A stretch of 64,000 bases of DNA from Takakia lepidozioides (taxonomy: Eukaryota > Plantae > Bryophyta), in contig CM060733.1 of NCBI GenBank assembly GCA_030704615.1, forward strand, positions 43,214,001 through 43,278,000, read 5' to 3'. The notes below the pieces were generated by a model. The model did no database searches, had not been told where the DNA came from, and saw nothing but the letters and a program-made list of their open reading frames with translations. Each line of letters starts with the position of its first letter. The stretch's first letter is position 1. Both the position numbers and the translations under genes were made by a program. Below, one piece after another: positions 63,701 through 64,000 of this stretch.

Positions 63701-64000
63701 GTCTATGCCCCAGAGGGGAACTGGATTCATGTGATGAATGCAGCTTGGTTGCAGCGCCAATCGCTCTGGAAGTCAACTGACACACTCCTAAAAAGTCCTT
63801 ACAATAACCTGACCAGAGCCCTGCAACGGAACGTAAGTTGGCAAGGAGCAGTCAGGAGTAACACATATGCCCTTGGAGAATGAGAATGAGAATGAGCTGA
63901 GAGGCTACATGAGTTAAGAAATAGCTTCACTTGACCCAACACTTCAGGCAGGCAAAGAAAGGAAGATGAAAAGAGTGGGTGGAAGGAAGTGGTAAGAGAT

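Noticed and set aside
1-64000. rRNA or tRNA genes
   Set aside because: None recognised by eye; tRNAscan-SE or Infernal would be needed to exclude them.

Overview
Eukaryotic, land-plant-type nuclear DNA with spliced genes and PLS-DYW PPR RNA-editing factors; the species cannot be determined from this window. The left 28 kb is a stack of nested transposons. The right 36 kb holds an intron-rich organellar ClpB gene, a cluster of PLS/DYW PPR genes and pseudogenes, a degraded Mutator-like element and the 3' part of an alpha/beta-hydrolase gene. The main finding is a Ty3/Gypsy-like retrotransposon family present in three copies (about 54-2572 +, 11508-25078 -, about 8760-27979 -). Its reconstructed coding order is Gag/zinc knuckle - protease - DNMT3/DRM-like C5 DNA methyltransferase - RT - RNase H - DDE integrase - PHD finger. 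It lacks ordinary paired LTRs and has split direct repeats arranged A1...B1-A2-B2, an architecture I know only from tyrosine-recombinase (PAT/Ngaro) elements. Even so, the copy with both ends has TGTC...GACA termini and a 4-bp GCGC target-site duplication, and removing it restores an in-frame gag in the host copy. The A repeat holds three covarying stem-loops, and the B1|A2 junction is a palindrome (GACA-GC-TGTC). A 4.8-kb TIR element with an 8-bp TSD sits inside this copy and carries PPR and DYW fragments. All alignments and mismatch counts were done by eye, and novelty claims need database and literature checks.
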